50,721 bases of DNA from positions 1 to 50,721 of IMG/VR virus record IMGVR_UViG_3300028920_000094. One strand, given 5' to 3'. Under the pieces are notes generated by a model. That model ran no database searches and was not told the origin of the DNA. It saw only the letters and a list, made by a program, of their open reading frames with translations. Positions 47,996 to 50,721 of this stretch are shown here, piece by piece (position 1 is the stretch's first letter; each line of letters opens with the position of its first letter). The translations under genes were made by a program, and so were the position numbers. This DNA is from a virus. Taxonomy: Duplodnaviria > Caudoviricetes.

Positions 47996-48324
47996 GCACC
48001 CCCGTCCCCGTCCCCGCCGCCAACGGTAACGGCACCTCCAAGCTCCTCGGGGCATTCATCAAAAACCCCGCGCAGGTGGTCATCCTGCTCATCGTCCTCG
48101 CCATGGCGGGGGTGAGCGTCAAGGACCTGCTCGGCGGCACGTCGGGCGACACCTCGCAACGCCTCGCCCGCATCGAGGCAGAGCTCGCCGCGCAGCCCGA
48201 GGCCGTGCCCCGACGCGAGCACGACCAGGCCATCGAACGCATCCGCGACGACCTCCGCGACCTCAAGGCCGACATCGCCGAACTCCGCTCCCTCCTCCTC
48301 CAACTCAAGGAGCCGAAGCCGTGA
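47992..48324 (+). CDS. Membrane protein with coiled coil (lysis-associated candidate)
   Basis: One TM segment followed by a heptad pattern. Confidence 0.5.
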   Translation: MSTPVPVPAANGNGTSKLLGAFIKNPAQVVILLIVLAMAGVSVKDLLGGTSGDTSQRLARIEAELAAQPEAVPRREHDQAIERIRDDLRDLKADIAELRSLLLQLKEPKP

Positions 48325-48653
48325 AGAAGCTGCTGTGCATCGCCATCCTCGCCGCCGTCGCCGCCTGCGCACTCGCCGCCACCATCCAGCAGGATGCCAC
48401 CTGGCGCGACAACTACCAGGCACTGAAGGCCGGCCGCTCCCGCCTCGTGAGCCTCGCTCAGCAGGCGGTCAAGGTCGCCGACGACATGCAGGCCATCCGC
48501 GCCGCCTGGATCGCCCAGCGCGACGACCCCGAGACCAGCGCCGAGGACAAGGCAAAGCTCGCCGCGTCCATCACCGCCCTCGACGCCGAGATGGCCAACA
48601 TCCCCGCCTTCTACGCCGCCGCCAAGGCATTCCGCGACGCGGAGCAGAACTGA
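48321..48653 (+). CDS. Helical protein with signal peptide
   Basis: MKKLLCIAILAAVAACALA. Confidence 0.65.
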   Translation: MKKLLCIAILAAVAACALAATIQQDATWRDNYQALKAGRSRLVSLAQQAVKVADDMQAIRAAWIAQRDDPETSAEDKAKLAASITALDAEMANIPAFYAAAKAFRDAEQN

Positions 48654-48654
48654 G

Positions 48655-49809
48655 ATGAGCCGCCGCATCCTCACCGCCCTCGCCCTCCTGCTGATCTGTG
48701 CGGGGGCGGTGCGCGCCACCGAGGCCTGGCGCGATGCCGACTGCTCCTACCGCCGCGCCATTACCATCGACAACTCGAACATGGGCTCGACCACCCTGAG
48801 CAACTTCACCGTCCTCGTGAAGATCACCGACACGCACCAGATCGACAAGGACAAAATCGCGGACGGGCAATACACGTTCTGGGATTCGTCGGGGAACGAA
48901 CTCGACTTCGAGAACGAGGCATACAGCGAAGGCGCCAACTATGTGAACATGGAGACGTGGGTCGAGACGCAATCGCTCAACGGCGACGGCAACTCCGCGA
49001 CCGACGACACGATCTGGATCTACTACTCCCACTCGGGGGGCGACCAAGACGACGGCACCGGCGCGTGGGACGCGGACGGCAACTGGCGCGCGGTGTGGCA
49101 TCTGTCCGACAGCAGCGGGGGCGCTGACGACAGCACAAGCAACAGCAATGACCTCTCAGAAAGCGGCACCGTCAACTACTCGCAGACAGGCCAGATCGCC
49201 GACGCCGTGGACCTGCCCGGCACCGACGACTACCTGAGCCGTGCCGACGATGCCGACTTCGATTTCGCCGCAGGCTTCAGCCTGCACGCCTGGGCAGAGC
49301 CGGACGCCACCGACGCCGCCACGCGGATCTTCTACAGGTACGATGCCACGAGCATGGATGGCTATTTTCTTGCACAGAGCCCGACGCATACGGGCTACTG
49401 GCGGTTCACCGTATTGTACTCGCCGACCTACGACGGGTGCTACAGCGACGCCGCCCCCACGGGTAGCTGGGAGCACGTCGTCGGCGTCCGTGAGGCCGAT
49501 GGCACGCTCAAGATGTACTGCGACGGATCGGTACAGGCGGACACGGGGAGCAAGGCGGGCGCCATCGATACCAACGGCGTCTTCTATGTCGGCTGCGACT
49601 TCGTGCAGGCCTCGGACTACAACGGCAGCCTGGACGAGCTGCGCGTGAGCGGCACCGCCCGCAGCGCCGACTGGATCGCCTTCGAGCACGCCAACGGCGG
49701 CGGCGAGGCCGACAACGAACTGACCGTGGCCGCCGAGGAGAGCAAGCCCGCAGCCGGCGGCGCCGTCCCCCAACTCATGCACCAATACAGGCTCAGGAGA
49801 TCAGGCTGA
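48655..49809 (+). CDS. DUF2341-like plus LamG/ConA-like domain protein with signal peptide
   Basis: YRRAITID, IWIYY, AVWHL, WEHVVGV, GSLDELRVS and RSADWI motifs. Confidence 0.8.
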   Translation: MSRRILTALALLLICAGAVRATEAWRDADCSYRRAITIDNSNMGSTTLSNFTVLVKITDTHQIDKDKIADGQYTFWDSSGNELDFENEAYSEGANYVNMETWVETQSLNGDGNSATDDTIWIYYSHSGGDQDDGTGAWDADGNWRAVWHLSDSSGGADDSTSNSNDLSESGTVNYSQTGQIADAVDLPGTDDYLSRADDADFDFAAGFSLHAWAEPDATDAATRIFYRYDATSMDGYFLAQSPTHTGYWRFTVLYSPTYDGCYSDAAPTGSWEHVVGVREADGTLKMYCDGSVQADTGSKAGAIDTNGVFYVGCDFVQASDYNGSLDELRVSGTARSADWIAFEHANGGGEADNELTVAAEESKPAAGGAVPQLMHQYRLRRSG

Positions 49810-50721
49810 TGTTCCGCACACTCCGCAACCTCGGGCGCACCTGGCTCGGCGTGCTCGTCATGTTCGCCGTCGGCCTCTCCGCCGCCTGGTGGGGCGGCCT
49901 GAGCCTCGCCGATACCATCCTCAAGCAGTCCACGGCCTGCACGGTGAAGCTCGGGCCGTTCCTCGATAGCGGCGACGGCGTGACTGCCGAGACGAATCTC
50001 ACCATCGCGCGGACCGATGTCCGCGTCTCGGTCAACGGCGGCGACTACTCGCAGAAGGCCGACACACGGACCTGCGTGCACGACGAGCTGGGCGAATACG
50101 ACTGCTACCTCTCGACCTCCGACACCGCGACCCTCGGCCGCCTCCGCATCATGGTCAAGGAAACCGGCGCCCTGCCGTGCTGGCGCAACTTTTTCGTCGT
50201 GCCGGCCAACGTCTACGATTCACTGGCCAGTACCGACAAGCTCCAGGTCGATGCGACGCAGTGGGCGGGCGGCGCGACGGTAGCGGGCGCCATCCCCGCC
50301 GCCGCAGCCGATGCGGCGGGCGGCCTGCCCGTCAGCGACGCGGGCGGGCTCGACCTCGATACCGCACTCCAGGAAGGAATGTTCGCAGGCGGCATGGTCT
50401 GGGTGGATAGCGCTGGTACGAACAGCACCGCATGGCCCTACGGCACCGCGCCCTTCCCGACCACGACCATCGCCAACGGCAAGACGATTGCCGACGCGAA
50501 CGGCCTGCGCCTCATGCACATTCACGGCAACCACACACTTGCCGCTGCGATGGAGCACTACACCTTCGTCAACGATGCCCACATCGACGTAACCGACATC
50601 ATCGATATCAACGGGCAGTCCATCGAGCACTCGGCGTTTGAGCGCCTGGTCATCACCGGGGCTACGGGGAATGCGGCACTGATTAGCGACCAGACGCGAT
50701 ACATCGACTGCTACCTCTATG
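49809..50721 (+). CDS. 5' part of the junction-spanning virion protein
   Basis: TGATG coupling; hydrophobic leader, then ILKQSTACTVKLGPFLDSGDG; open to the end of the window. Confidence 0.75.
   Translation, partial: MFRTLRNLGRTWLGVLVMFAVGLSAAWWGGLSLADTILKQSTACTVKLGPFLDSGDGVTAETNLTIARTDVRVSVNGGDYSQKADTRTCVHDELGEYDCYLSTSDTATLGRLRIMVKETGALPCWRNFFVVPANVYDSLASTDKLQVDATQWAGGATVAGAIPAAAADAAGGLPVSDAGGLDLDTALQEGMFAGGMVWVDSAGTNSTAWPYGTAPFPTTTIANGKTIADANGLRLMHIHGNHTLAAAMEHYTFVNDAHIDVTDIIDINGQSIEHSAFERLVITGATGNAALISDQTRYIDCYLY

Noticed and set aside
50595-50721. 127-bp terminal direct repeat as a biological DTR
   Set aside because: It falls mid-gene and equals a common assembler k-mer length; the terminase type suggests cos ends elsewhere.

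Overview
This is a complete, circularly assembled temperate tailed-phage genome of 50,594 bp. Positions 1-127 repeat exactly at 50595-50721, which looks like an assembler overlap. It is GC-rich and essentially all real genes are on the + strand. It has a lambda-like head module (Nu1-like TerS, GpA TerL, gpW, portal, S49 protease with nested scaffold, decoration protein, major capsid) interleaved with a glycosylation cluster. It also has a tail module with a -1 frameshifted chaperone, three DNA methyltransferases, an HTH replication gene with iterons, and xis/int followed by a tRNA-derived attP core and a cosQ-like motif. The standout locus is 22144-23158: three phased arrays of GGY-NN pentamers (constant GGY, variable dinucleotide) with conserved flanks, directly upstream of a lone 206-aa protein with Cas7/RAMP-like motifs. 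This is a candidate non-CRISPR RNA-guided system. Other notable signals are a dispersed heptamer mini-array family, a C5-methyltransferase apparently split over two overlapping frames, and an attenuator-like leader before the capsid gene. All calls are by-eye motif recognition; no searches were run.
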